The notes under the pieces: model-generated | Databases searched by the model: none | Told to the model about the DNA's origin: nothing | What the model saw: only the letters and a program-made list of their open reading frames with translations | Shown: one piece after another, positions 53,337-64,000 of the stretch | Layout: every line of letters begins with the position of its first letter | Numbering within the stretch: the first letter of the stretch is position 1 | DNA from: an uncultured Nitrososphaerota archaeon | GTDB lineage: Archaea; Thermoproteota; Nitrososphaeria; Nitrososphaerales; Nitrosopumilaceae | Direction: 5' to 3' | DNA: 64,000 nt | Assembly: GCA_963824385.1 (NCBI GenBank) | Contig: CAWGPD010000002.1 | Location: 64,001 to 128,000, forward strand | Translations under genes and position numbers: made by a program

Positions 53337-54163
53337 ATCTGTTAGAGATATATTATTGATGAAAAATTCTAAAAAAATTACAGTTATCACTGCATATGAT
53401 TATACGACATCTCAACTTTGTGACAAATCTGGTGTTGACATGTTACTTGTAGGTGATAGTGCTGGAATGGTGATGCTTGGATATGACAATACAATTCCTG
53501 TTACAATGGACCAGATGTGTCTTTTTACAGAGGCTGTTGCAAGGGGAAGACAAAACGCACTTGTTGTTGCAGACATGCCTTTCATGTCATACCAATCTAG
53601 TAAATCACAGGCAATTGAAAATGCTGGAAGGCTGATCAAAGCAGGGGCAGATGCAGTAAAACTTGAGGGTGGAGTTGAGATTAAAGATACAATACATGCA
53701 ATTGTTGAGATTGGAATTCCTGTGATGGGACACATTGGATTTCAGCCTCAAACTACAACATTACAAGAAGGCTACAAGGTTCAGGCAAAGACAAAAGATG
53801 CTGCAGTAAAGCTGAATTGAATCAGCCAAAGCCCTTGAGAAGGCAGGTGTATTTAGTATAGCACTTGAGATGGTGACAAAAGAAGTCTCAAAGATTATTT
53901 CAAACTCTATTGTAATACCAACAATTGGTATAGGTTCTGGTCCTGACTGTGATGGACAAGTGCTTGTAGTTCATGATGTCTTGGGCTTGTATGAAAAAAT
54001 TAAACCAAAGTTTGCAAAAAGATACTTGGAGTTATCTTCTGATATTGTAAAAGCTGTCGAGTCTTACAAAAATGATGTAGTATCAGGCAAGTTTCCAAGT
54101 ATAGAACACTCTTTTTCCATGGATAAATCTGAATTAGAGAGGCTGAAAAAAGAACTTGTCTAA
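53329..54163 (+). CDS. panB: Ketopantoate hydroxymethyltransferase (+1 frameshift near 53812)
   Basis: TAYDY, LVGDS, VKLEGG, GHIG..PQ and IGIGSG..CDGQVLV motifs. Confidence 0.93.
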
Positions 54164-55390
54164 AAAACATCCTTCTTTGGATATAATAGGCTCTGATGGT
54201 ACTGAGCTTTCAGGAAAGAAAATTATTTTGTGCATATCAGGAAGTGTTGCAGCATACAAGTCAATTGAACTGGCTAGATTGTTGATGCGACATGGAGCAG
54301 ATGTTACTTGTGTTGCAAGTAAAGTCTGCAACTGACTTGATAAAACCAAGTGACTTCAAGTGGGCGACAGGAAATGAAGTAATTACAAAATTAACTGGAG
54401 ATTTGGAGCACATCAAGGTTGCAGATTATAAACAGTCTGATTGCATTATAGTATACCCATGTACTGCAAATACACTTGGTAAATTAGCAAATGGAATTGA
54501 TGATACGCCAATCTCTACTGTGTTAAGTGTTGGATTGGGTTCCAAGATTCCAATTGTTATAGGACTTGCAATGCATCAGGCAATGTATGAAAATCCTGCA
54601 GTTGTAAAAAATATTGAATTTCTAAAAAATAAAGTTGATTTTATTTCTCCAAACTTTGTTGAGGGAAAGGCAAAAGCTGCTGAACCTGAAGAGATACTTG
54701 ATTATACATTACAAAAGTTTGGCTCTTCATCTGTTCTCAAGGGAAAAAAAGTGCTTATCACTGCAGGTCCTACCATAGAGTATATTGATCCTGTTAGGGT
54801 CATAACAAATCAAAGTACAGGCAAGACCGGAGTATTACTTGCATCAGAATTTGTCTCAGCAGGCTCCAAGGTTACTATGATTTATGGCTCTGGAATGAGA
54901 ATCTCCGCCAAAAGGTGCCAAGATAGTACGAGTGGAGACTAGTGAAGAGATGAGTAATGCAATAAAAAAAGAAATGAAGCAAAAGTTTGATATTGTGATA
55001 CTTGCAGCAGCAGTTTCTGACTATACACCAGAAAAGCCAAGCAAAACTAAACTTGACAGTGATCTTCTCAGGATCTCTTTGAAATTAAAAAGAGTGCCTA
55101 AGATGATTAATGATGTGAAAAAAATCCAGAGTGATGCATTTCTTGTTGGATTCAAGGCAGAAGCTAATGTATCAAAAAAAGATTTGATAAGCAAAGCAAG
55201 AGAAAAGTTGAGTCAATCAGGCTGTGATCTTGTAATTGCAAATGATATAGGCACTAAATACAAGGAAAATCCAGATTACAACAATGTGATAGCTGTTAAT
55301 TCAAAAACTTCTATCGAATCAGGATGGAAGAGTAAATCCAAAGTTGTAAAGTTTATCAGAAATGAAATAGAAAAACAAATTTCACACTAG
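54156..55390 (+). CDS. coaBC: Bifunctional phosphopantothenoylcysteine decarboxylase/ligase (two +1 frameshifts)
   Basis: SGSVAAYK, PCTANTLGK, ITAGPT.E.IDPVR and AAAVSDY motifs across three frames. Confidence 0.92.
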
Positions 55391-55620
55391 AGATCATATT
55401 GTAAAGGCCTAATTAGTTTGAACTTTCCATCTGAATCCATTTCAAATAATTGAGAAGATTCACTTGGATTACCTTGCTTATGCTTTGACAAAAATACCAT
55501 ACAGGTGTATTTATTCAGATATGGACATGCTTTGATGAGTTCATTTAATGAGAAAGGTTCCATTAACTTGCCTGACTTTATTGTCCTAACAATTGTTCTG
55601 TAAATAACATGTACTGCCAT
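55387..55620 (-). CDS. Small hypothetical protein
   Basis: ORF with EPF, FLSKH..GNP and KFKL motifs; convergent with coaBC. Confidence 0.55.
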   Translation of the reverse strand: MAVHVIYRTIVRTIKSGKLMEPFSLNELIKACPYLNKYTCMVFLSKHKQGNPSESSQLFEMDSDGKFKLIRPLQYDL

Positions 55621-55657
55621 ACTATTCAGATACACTAGTACTGTTTGAACATTGGCT

Positions 55658-56722
55658 TTAGATTACAATCAATTCTTTTGTGAATTTGTGCATAACTTCG
55701 ACCTTGTTTCCAACTATAACAGAATCTTCTATTCTCACACCAAACTTTCGTGGAATGTATATTCCAGGTTCTACAGTCACTGCCATGTTTTTTAATAATA
55801 CAGCCTTGCTTGATGGACCAAGATTTGGAAGCTCATGCACCTCAAGTCCTATACCGTGACCTGTAGAGTGGATAAAATATTTTCCATACTTTTTCTTTTC
55901 AATTAATTTTCTACAAGCATCATCCACAGATTTGCATGATACATTTGGTTTAACAGCTTTGAGTCCTGCCTCTTGTGATTGTCGTACAATCTCATAGACT
56001 TTTTTTGCTTCGGCTGATACTGAGCCAAGGCCAAATGTTCTAGTTGCATCAGTAACATATCCTTTGTATCGTAAAGTAAGATCAACTACAATCATGTCAC
56101 CGTTTTTGAATTTTCGATCAGTTACCTGTGCATGTGGTAAAGAACCATTTGGACCACCTGCAATGATCAATGGATGTAGTGTTGACTTGTATCCAGTAGA
56201 AAACATTCCTCTTTCCATTGCATATTGCATTAATATGGTTTGAAGTTGAGCCTCTGACTGGCCTATCATTAATTCATCTACACACATCTCGTACATTTCA
56301 TCTAGTATCGAAGATGCCTTTCGTAATAGAGTAATCTCTTGCAAGTCTTTTACTTGTCTTGCATGATAAAATGGATCAGTTGAAGACCGTACCGAAGTAA
56401 GGGATCTCTTTAGGCTCTCTACTATGTTGTAACTGTCACTGTCTGTACACACTTTTCTTCCTCTTAACATCTTGACAAGTGTAGCAAGAGAGCCCTTTCC
56501 ACGTTCAGACTTGACTACGTCACAACCAGTGGACTCGTCCTTTGCACGTCCCATCTCAAGTTCTGGGGATACAATAGTACAGCCATTTTTATCCAATATT
56601 CCAATTGCTTCGCCCCAAAATCCAGTCATGTAAAATAGATTTTCAGGTTCAAATGCAACTAGCGTATCACATCCTATATCATTACAATATTTTAGTAGAT
56701 TCCTTCTGCGTTGATTCAACAC
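55658..56722 (-). CDS. Xaa-Pro aminopeptidase/prolidase (M24)
   Basis: DATRT, HSTGHGIGLEVHE, TVEPGIY and GVRIED motifs. Confidence 0.93.
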   Translation of the reverse strand: MLNQRRRNLLKYCNDIGCDTLVAFEPENLFYMTGFWGEAIGILDKNGCTIVSPELEMGRAKDESTGCDVVKSERGKGSLATLVKMLRGRKVCTDSDSYNIVESLKRSLTSVRSSTDPFYHARQVKDLQEITLLRKASSILDEMYEMCVDELMIGQSEAQLQTILMQYAMERGMFSTGYKSTLHPLIIAGGPNGSLPHAQVTDRKFKNGDMIVVDLTLRYKGYVTDATRTFGLGSVSAEAKKVYEIVRQSQEAGLKAVKPNVSCKSVDDACRKLIEKKKYGKYFIHSTGHGIGLEVHELPNLGPSSKAVLLKNMAVTVEPGIYIPRKFGVRIEDSVIVGNKVEVMHKFTKELIVI

Positions 56723-56751
56723 AACAATTCTAACTCTTTACTATTTTACAT

Positions 56752-57798
56752 TTGCTGGAAGGTTTAGATATTGGAAAAAGACTTTCTGGATTTGTGGAAG
56801 AGAAAAAGAAAGTTGTAGCATTACTATCAGGAGGACTAGATAGTAGACTAGCAGTAAAAATGATGCAAAATCAAGGATTTGATGTTACTGCTGTTGCGAT
56901 AAAAACTCCGTTTTGTGATTTTGATTGTGGAAGAGGTTGTGGATTTGAAATTAGAGAGACTGCAGACTCACTAGGTGTTGATCTAAAAACTGTATATCTT
57001 GGTGATGATTATATTGAGATGTTAAAAAATCCAAGGCACGGTTACGGTTCTGGTATGAATCCATGCATTGATTGTAGATCAATGATGTTCAAGGCTGGCA
57101 AAAAAGTAATGGACGATATCGGTGCAGAATTTATCATATCAGGTGAAGTTCTTGGTCAAAGACCAATGAGTCAATTTGCTCCAGCTTTGAAAACAATAGA
57201 AAGAGAATCCGGACTGGAAGGAATCATAGTCAGACCACTTTCTGCAGCATTGTTACCACCAACACAGCCTGAAATTGATGGAATAATTAAAAGAGAAAAT
57301 CTTGGAATGATCCGTGGACGTTCAAGAAAAGAACAATTGAAGATGGCTAAAGAATTTGGTTTTGATAATCCACCAAATGCAGGAGGAGGATGTTTACTAA
57401 CTGATCCAGCATTTGCAATTAGAGCAAAAGATCTTTTTCATCATATCGAGACACCGACAACAAACGATATTGATCTTTTAAAGATTGGAAGACATTTTAG
57501 ATTTGATGAGAAGACAAAATTAATTGTTGGAAGACATAAGGATGAGAATGAAATGCTAAAAGCTCTTGCATTACCTGGTGATGTTTTATTTGATACAAAG
57601 GATCATGTCGGCCCAATCTCAATGTTACGTGGTGAGGATTCTGAGAAAAATCTCAAATTAGCTGCAGCTATCACATTACGATATTCTGATGCACCAAAGG
57701 ATATGCCATGTTTAGTACTAACAGAAAAGAATGATACAAGGTCAGAGATTTCTACTGCTTCGGTTACAGAATCAGAATACCTCCAGTATAGAATTTAG
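56752..57798 (+). CDS. PP-loop tRNA sulfurtransferase-like protein (ThiI/MnmA-related, DUF814 C-domain)
   Basis: LLSGGLDS, NPCIDCR, GEVLGQRPMSQ, GGCLLT and GRHFR motifs. Confidence 0.85.
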   Translation: MLEGLDIGKRLSGFVEEKKKVVALLSGGLDSRLAVKMMQNQGFDVTAVAIKTPFCDFDCGRGCGFEIRETADSLGVDLKTVYLGDDYIEMLKNPRHGYGSGMNPCIDCRSMMFKAGKKVMDDIGAEFIISGEVLGQRPMSQFAPALKTIERESGLEGIIVRPLSAALLPPTQPEIDGIIKRENLGMIRGRSRKEQLKMAKEFGFDNPPNAGGGCLLTDPAFAIRAKDLFHHIETPTTNDIDLLKIGRHFRFDEKTKLIVGRHKDENEMLKALALPGDVLFDTKDHVGPISMLRGEDSEKNLKLAAAITLRYSDAPKDMPCLVLTEKNDTRSEISTASVTESEYLQYRI

Positions 57799-57870
57799 TC
57801 ATACTACCCAATCTGTGAATTGCATTTGACTGCAAAGACTTTTTGAGGGAGTTGATCGCTTACAAATGGT

Positions 57871-58149
57871 ATGCAGACACAAAAGGCTCCCACTTACCTC
57901 AAAGCAATAACTTTGAGGGACTATAGTGATGTTCATGGTGTTAAAGAGGATATCAAAAAGGGAATGATTCTAGTTCTCAGGGTAACCCCACTTGCACAAA
58001 AAAATGTGGATGAGCTTAGAAAGGCAGTAGAAGAGATTTACAATATTGCAAAGAATGCAGATGCAGATATTGCAAGACTTGGCGAAGAGAGGATCATTGT
58101 TACTCCGTCTGGAGTAAAGATCTGGAGAGCCGAGTACGATCTAAAGTAG
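57871..58149 (+). CDS. sepF: Archaeal SepF (DUF552) cell-division protein
   Basis: G.ILVL...L...DIARLGEE.IIVTPSGVKI motif. Confidence 0.85.
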   Translation: MQTQKAPTYLKAITLRDYSDVHGVKEDIKKGMILVLRVTPLAQKNVDELRKAVEEIYNIAKNADADIARLGEERIIVTPSGVKIWRAEYDLK

Positions 58150-60073
58150 TCTGATTCCTTCTTGTACCTGTGGACAGGTTGTTGCAATCCTAAACATTCT
58201 ATGTACTGAGCTTGCCAAGTTTTCACACTTGCGTCGTTCACCATGATTTACAATTACTCTTCTAAGTTTTGGTCTGAGTCGGTGGATATAGGACATTAAC
58301 TGATTGTAATCACTGTGACCACTAAATCCATCAAGTTTTTCAGTTGAACAGTTGATATTGATTACTTCAATTTTTCCATCCTTTCCAACAACAGATACTT
58401 GTCTTGAGCCATCAAGAACTCTTCTTCCCAAAGTTCCGTTTACTTGGTATGATACAAACAAGATCTTGTTTTTCTGAACTGGTGCAATATTTTTAAAGTA
58501 TTCAAGTACTGGTCCACCTTCTAACATACCAGACGTTGCCATTATTATAGATGGTCCTTCACGTAATGGTTCTTCTCTCGCATCAGAGTGTTCAATATTT
58601 GTAAAATATTCAGAATCAAATGGATTATCATCTGTCTCAAGGATCTTTTGTCGAAGTTCTCGTGCAAGATATTCTGGATATGATTCATGAATTGCAGTTG
58701 CCTCTGAGATCATTCCCTCTGTAAATACAGGAGCTTCCATTAGTTGTCCTTGTTTCATGTATTGATCTATCACCATCATTAGTTCCTGTGCACGGCCTAC
58801 TGCAGGAATTGGAATAAGCACTTTTCCGCCATTTCGTAATGTTTCATTTACTGATTTGATAAATGCGGCTTCTACTTCTTCTCTGGTTGACTGGATGTCT
58901 TCTTTCGCACCATAAGTACTCTCAATTAGCAAGGTTTCAACTCTTGGAAAGTTCCAAGAAGCACTCTCAAATAGCATGGATTTTCCATATTTTAGATCCC
59001 CTGTATAGACAAAGTTGTGATTACCGTTTCCTATATGGAAGTGGCAGCTTGCAGAACCCAAAATGTGTCCTGCATTTGAGAATACTAGTTTGATATCAGG
59101 TGATATGTCAGTTACAGTTCCATATGATAACGGTATAGTCTGCTTCATGACCTGTTTGACATCACGCTCAGAATATAGTGGAACTCTACCTTGTGCTGCT
59201 GCAACTTTTATCGCATCAAGTCTGAATTAGATTCATCATAGGTAGGGTTGGCTCTGTACAATAGATAGGACCCTTATAGCCATACTTGAACAAAACCGGT
59301 AGAAATCCCGTGTGGTCTAGGTGAGCATGGCTGATTACAACGGCATCAAGTTCGTCTAGTGTTATGTTTGGCCAGTCAAGTCTAGGATATGCATCTATTG
59401 GATTTCTTGCACCTGGGTTTATTCCACAGTCAATTAGGATCTTGCTTTCATGAGTGGTAAGCAACATGCAGGATCTTCCTACCTGACTAAATCCTCCCAA
59501 TGTCATCAGTGAGACTTCTGCATCCTCAGAGAGTTTTGGTCTGAATATTTGTTCACCGACCTGTCTGAGGTGTTTGCTTCTCTCAGTTGAAGAAATTTTT
59601 AGATTATAATTGATAGTTTGAATTGTAGAAGATTGGCTTGCAGTTGTCTTTCTAATTCGTACTCTCCATCCAGTCTTTGAGACAATCTCTGGCATGTTAA
59701 AGGCTTCAAGATTGTTAAGAAGCCATGGCCGCTTTACATCAACTGTCATTTCACCTGTTGCAGTATCAAAGAAAGTTCCTCCAAGTTCTGCTTCTTTTGG
59801 AAGCATTTGAGTTAGAATCTGTCTTGATTCTTCCTCATTTTTTCGGATTGATTCTTCTGTTCTAACTACAATTCTTTTTTTGATAACATTTACCATGTTA
59901 GAGATTACTTCGTTGTGTTCCATCAGATATTTTGGATTCTTTGTGTAGATTGCAATCCTTGGTCCTTCATAATCTATCTTAGTTACATCAGCTTCCTTTG
60001 GTATACTTTGCAGTATTGTTGCCATTATGTTTTGGGCTGGAGATAGTTCACGTGGTGCTAATTTTCTTTGCAT
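58141..60073 (-). CDS. KH-domain beta-CASP ribonuclease aCPSF1/FttA (+1 frameshift near 59221)
   Basis: EGP KH region, LGG..QVGRS, SHAHLDH, AGHILG and GFSGHSD motifs. Confidence 0.93.
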
Positions 60074-60080
60074 TAAATCA

Positions 60081-60713
60081 CTAAAGCGTAATTATGGCCT
60101 TTTTCTGGTCTTTTGTTAAGAGTCTATATCCCTGTTTGTCGATTATTGCGACATTAATTCCATCACCGGTTCCAATGTTTCTTGTGATTGCAGCTTTTAC
60201 TGCTCTTAGGGCTATTATTTTTCCTTCCTCTACTGTTAGGCCATCACGATACTCATTTTCCAAGAGACCGTATGCTACTGGAGAACCACTTCCAGTTGTC
60301 ACAAATGTTTTCTTATCAAGTGATCCAAACATGTCAATGTTGTAAAGTGCTGGACCCTGTTGGTCATATCCTCCAACTAGGATATCAGCCATAAATGGAT
60401 AGTATCTATTTTGGAAGAAGATCAATGATGCAAGTCTTGCAATTGATTTGATTGGTAGAACTTCTTGTTTTTCTATTCTATGAATGTTTGAATGATATCG
60501 TAACATGTCTGTAACATTTTGTGCATCTGCAACACCACCTGCAATTGTCATTCCTGCATGATTATCGATCTTTTGGATCTTCATAGTATTGTTATTTGCT
60601 ATAAAATATCCTGCGCTAGCTCTCATATCTGCGCATAAAACTACTCCGTCGGTACAGTGTATTCCAACTGTAGTTGTTCCGTGGTATGTGTGTTGTTCGA
60701 TATAGTCTGACAA
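60081..60713 (-). CDS. psmB: Proteasome beta subunit
   Basis: Propeptide-G/TTTVG, AGGVAD and TGSGS motifs. Confidence 0.96.
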   Translation of the reverse strand: MSDYIEQHTYHGTTTVGIHCTDGVVLCADMRASAGYFIANNNTMKIQKIDNHAGMTIAGGVADAQNVTDMLRYHSNIHRIEKQEVLPIKSIARLASLIFFQNRYYPFMADILVGGYDQQGPALYNIDMFGSLDKKTFVTTGSGSPVAYGLLENEYRDGLTVEEGKIIALRAVKAAITRNIGTGDGINVAIIDKQGYRLLTKDQKKAIITL

Positions 60714-60818
60714 ATAACTTACTCCTAACTTGAGATACTGTCAGTTTGGAATTCACCCGCTTAAATAACTTTGGATCATCTAGGATATCGATAAATAACC
60801 AAGTTTCAAGTGAAAACC

Positions 60819-61858
60819 ATGGCTTCTCATATAATGGAGTACCAAGAAAGATACTCATAGGTGAGAATAACATTTCAGATGTAGGAAATTTTCTCGTAGG
60901 CCTATCAGATCCAAAGAAGGTTTCTCTAGTTTCAGGCGACAAGGTAAGAAAAATTACAGATAAGAAAATTTCAACTTCACTCTCAGATTCAAAAATCAAG
61001 TTTGTGTGGCATCGTAGTATTAGCAATGATGTCAAAGCTGCAAAAAAAACACTTTTTGATATAAAGAAAGACAAAAGCGACTTGATTATAGGAATTGGTG
61101 GAGGCAGATCTGTTGACATTGCAAAAATGATTGCGTTTACATTAAGGAAACCATTTGTAAGCATTCCAACCTCTGCTTCACATGATGGTATTGCAAGTCC
61201 TTTTGTTTCCTTGCGTGGGGACAAGCCATATTCTATTATTGCAACAGCACCACTTGGAGTCTTTGTAGATATTGCAATTCTAAAGAAAGCTCCAAGAAGA
61301 CTCTTAGCTAGTGGTTGTGGTGATCTAATGGCCAAAGTTACTGCAGTACGAGATTGGGAACTTGCAAGAGATGAAGTTGGAGAATATTTTGGAACTTATG
61401 CAGCAAATTTAGCATCCATGAGTGCAAAGATAGTTATCGATAATTCAAAAAATTTCAAGAAAAATCCAGATGTTAGAATGATTGTTGAAGCTTTGATAAG
61501 TTCAGGTGTTGCTGCCTGCATTGCAGGAAGTAGTAGGCCATGTTCTGGTGCAGAACACTTGTTTTCTCATGCAGTTGATCATATCAAACCAGGCATTGGT
61601 CTACATGGAGAAAAGTGCGGTATTGGTGCAATATTGATTGCAAAGATTCAAGGTCAAGACTGGAAAAAAATAATTCAGATGCTAAAAAATGTTGGAGCGC
61701 CAACTAAAGCAAGAGAGATCGGACTTGAACCAAAGATTCTTGCAAGAGCATTGACAATTGCTCAATCATTAAGACCTGAAAGATATACAATTCTAAGTAA
61801 GGTAAAAATGAATGAAGAAAAAGCTATAGAGATTGCAAAAAGTACTGGTGTACTATAG
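60819..61858 (+). CDS. egsA: sn-glycerol-1-phosphate dehydrogenase (-1 frameshift near 60840)
   Basis: GGGRSVD, PTSASHDG, SRPCSGAEHLFSH and LHGE. ATG 60819 (MASHIME) is one base out of frame. Confidence 0.93.
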
Positions 61859-61860
61859 TT

Positions 61861-62598
61861 CTAAGCTGCTTTTGGCTCAGCTGGCTTTGCTTCAGCTGGT
61901 TTTTGTTCTGCTGGTTTTGGTTTGTTGTAGGTATCTACAAAGTTAACTTTCTCTAGTTTTGGTACAAACTTGAAAATTTCATTTGCGATTGCACGTTTAA
62001 CAATTTGGAGACCTTCCATCATCATTGCTTCTTCAGGGATATTAACATCAAGTTCTGTTCCTTTAATCTCAAACTTGATCTTTGATTCTTCAATTGGAAA
62101 TCTTCTTTTGAGTAATCCCAAGACTTTGTCTTGGTCTGTATCTAGTGACTTGATAACATTAAGATCATAAACGATTGTTCTTCCTGCAAATCTGTGATTA
62201 AAATCGACTTGGACTCTTCCAGAACCGATAAATCTTACAATTCCAGTCCTTTCATCTAGTTCTATGGTATCTCCTACGTTTACTTTTTCTGCATCTTCTC
62301 CAAGTTTTCTAAGTGGAACCATACGAATTTTAGCTGGATCTCTTGTTCCAAATCCTTTCTCTGGTGGAACTTCGATTGAAAGTTTGTCACCTACTTTGGT
62401 ATTAGCAAGTGCATCATCCAGACCTTTTAGAACCCACGACTCTCCTACAGAAATGAGTCTTGGTTGATATTTGACATTTGCATCATAAGTTGAATTTGAT
62501 TTAGCATCAGCTTCTCGTGTTGTCTCAAAGATCTCGTTTGAATCTTTAACCTTTGCAGTATAATCTACAAGAACTAAGGTGCCTTTTTGGAAAGCCAA
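61861..62598 (-). CDS. Long-type FKBP peptidyl-prolyl isomerase
   Basis: VDYT...FETT, GLDDAL, PPEKGFG and VDFNH motifs; C-terminal KPAE repeats. Confidence 0.92.
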   Translation of the reverse strand: MAFQKGTLVLVDYTAKVKDSNEIFETTREADAKSNSTYDANVKYQPRLISVGESWVLKGLDDALANTKVGDKLSIEVPPEKGFGTRDPAKIRMVPLRKLGEDAEKVNVGDTIELDERTGIVRFIGSGRVQVDFNHRFAGRTIVYDLNVIKSLDTDQDKVLGLLKRRFPIEESKIKFEIKGTELDVNIPEEAMMMEGLQIVKRAIANEIFKFVPKLEKVNFVDTYNKPKPAEQKPAEAKPAEPKAA

Positions 62599-62641
62599 CG
62601 TGATCGATCCTTTAACTTCCTTATATTAAGTTAACACGAAA

Positions 62642-63785
62642 TTATAATGACTTTAGTTTATCTTCAGCAACTTTGAGTGCTTCTGGATTTGTTTTGTGTC
62701 CCATCATTTCAAGTGTAGATGCTATTGCAGAGATTGTTCTCATGACATGGTATTTGTGGACTTCACCCATGCATCCAACTCTGAATACTTTACCTTTCAA
62801 TTCGCCAAATCCACCCGCAACAAGAACTCTGAATTTTTCAGAGAGTGTTCCTCTGAATGTCTTATCATCAAGACCTTGGAGATAATTTAGTGCAATTACA
62901 ACTGTAGAACGTGCATCTTCTTTGGCAAATGGAGATAATCCTAGTGTACTTAGTCCACTGTAAAGAGCATCAGAGCAAACTCTGTGCCTTCTAATTCTAT
63001 TTTCAATTCCTTCTTCTAAGATAATGTCAAGTGCCTCTCTGTATGCATACAGTAATGGAATAGCTGGAGTGAATGGTGTTTCTTTTGAATCATCATAATA
63101 CTTGAAGTATCTTGCCATGTTAAAGTAGAATGTGGGTGGTGGATTTGCAATCATGTGTTTCTTTGCTTTCTGGCTAACTGCAATTGGTGAAATTCCTGGA
63201 GGAGCAGCAAGTGCTTTTTGTGCACCTGTTACACAAACATCTACCCCCCATTTGTCCATATGAAATTCTTCTCCGCCAAGTATTGAAACTCCATCTACTA
63301 CATAGAAAGAATCATTTCTTGCGGTGAGATCTTTTACTTTATCAAGATACTTTACCATTGTACCAGTTGAGGTTTCATTCCAAACAACATAGAATGCTTT
63401 TACATCCTTATTGTTGTCAAATGCCTCTTTTACTTGGTCAAAAGTTGCATTTTGTCCAAATGGTGTTGTAAGACGAATAACATTTGCACCAGCCCATTCT
63501 AACATTGTTGAAAGTCTGCTGCTAAATTCACCGTTAACTGGAATTATCACCTTATCGCCTTTCTTTATCATGTTTACAACAGATGCTTCCACTGCTCCAG
63601 TACCAGATGCACTAAGAGTCTACTACGTCACTTGTTGTATCAAAGATTTTCTGACTCTTTTCAATTGTATCTACGTATAATTTTACAAAATCTTTACTTC
63701 TGTGATTTATCATGTGAGTAAACATTGCGCGTGTTACTCTTTCTGGAACATTTGTTGGACCAGGTAGCATTACTAAATATTCCAA
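62642..63785 (-). CDS. Class V PLP aminotransferase (serine-pyruvate/alanine-glyoxylate type; +1 frameshift near 63619)
   Basis: TTG start MEYLVMLPGPTNVP, NHRS, NETSTG, DGVS, AQKAL.APPG and FRVG.MG motifs. Confidence 0.92.
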
Positions 63786-63790
63786 ATAAA

Positions 63791-63808
63791 TTCTCCAACT
63801 TTGGAGAA
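63791..63808. promoter_or_regulatory. Perfect palindrome TTCTCCAA-CT-TTGGAGAA between the TATA and start of the aminotransferase gene
   Basis: 8-bp arms with a 2-nt spacer; minus-strand TTATAAA at 63821-63827. Confidence 0.45.
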
Positions 63809-63827
63809 AGTTAACCGCTATTTATAA

Positions 63828-64000
63828 TTAAAGAATCTTGGAAAGCCTGTTTTTTGTGTCTATTTTCAAGAGTACGTTCTTAGTTCCTTCAGGAACAAGG
63901 TCAAACCAGTCTTTGTCATTTACGATCATTTCCCGAATATTTGTTCCTGAAATTATATCTCTCTTCAATAGAGGAACTTCTATGACATTTTTTCCCCTTT
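63828..64000 (-). CDS. Nicotinamide-nucleotide adenylyltransferase, C-terminal part (runs off the right edge)
   Basis: Manual translation ...RDIISGTNIREMI..DKDWFDLVPEGT...RLSKIL-stop. Confidence 0.8.
   Translation of the reverse strand, partial: RGKNVIEVPLLKRDIISGTNIREMIVNDKDWFDLVPEGTKNVLLKIDTKNRLSKIL

Noticed and set aside
60616..61335. 239-aa antisense ORF and many other antisense ORFs in the track
   Set aside because: These are shadows of well-supported genes on the opposite strand and have no motifs.
61865..61925. 15-bp tandem repeats at the FKBP 3' end
   Set aside because: They simply encode a low-complexity KPAE tail.

Overview
AT-rich archaeal chromosome segment from an ammonia-oxidising thaumarchaeote, most consistent with an acidophilic Nitrosotalea-like lineage. 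This rests on PEFG-CTERM surface proteins, multiple cupredoxins, archaeal PoK/PPS CoA synthesis, egsA and a V-type-like ATPase operon in the order K-E-C-F-A-B-D-H-I. It is mostly core genome: riboflavin operon, rps19e/Rpp21/Nep1/tRNA-Gly, class II RNR, thiolase-DUF35, pyrBI, ATPase, pyrH/HD/tmk, CoA operon, SepF, aCPSF1-psmB, egsA, FKBP and NMNAT. An accessory metal/surface-protein stretch lies at about 16.3-27 kb. About 17 small indel frameshifts (nearly all single-base) break about 12 genes, including essential ones, and are most likely sequencing or assembly errors. The best candidate for an undescribed system is a 698-aa wHTH + ATP-cone + catalytically dead class III RNR fusion directly upstream of nrdJ, a possible dNTP-sensing pseudoenzyme regulator. 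Other notable items are an unannotated 41-aa membrane microprotein filling the atpD-atpH gap, a cysteine-free CC1/DUF5679-like protein beside a Zn-uptake locus, and a nucleotide-identical PEFG-CTERM 3' cassette shared by unrelated surface proteins. All family assignments come from motif recognition by eye; no database searches were run.
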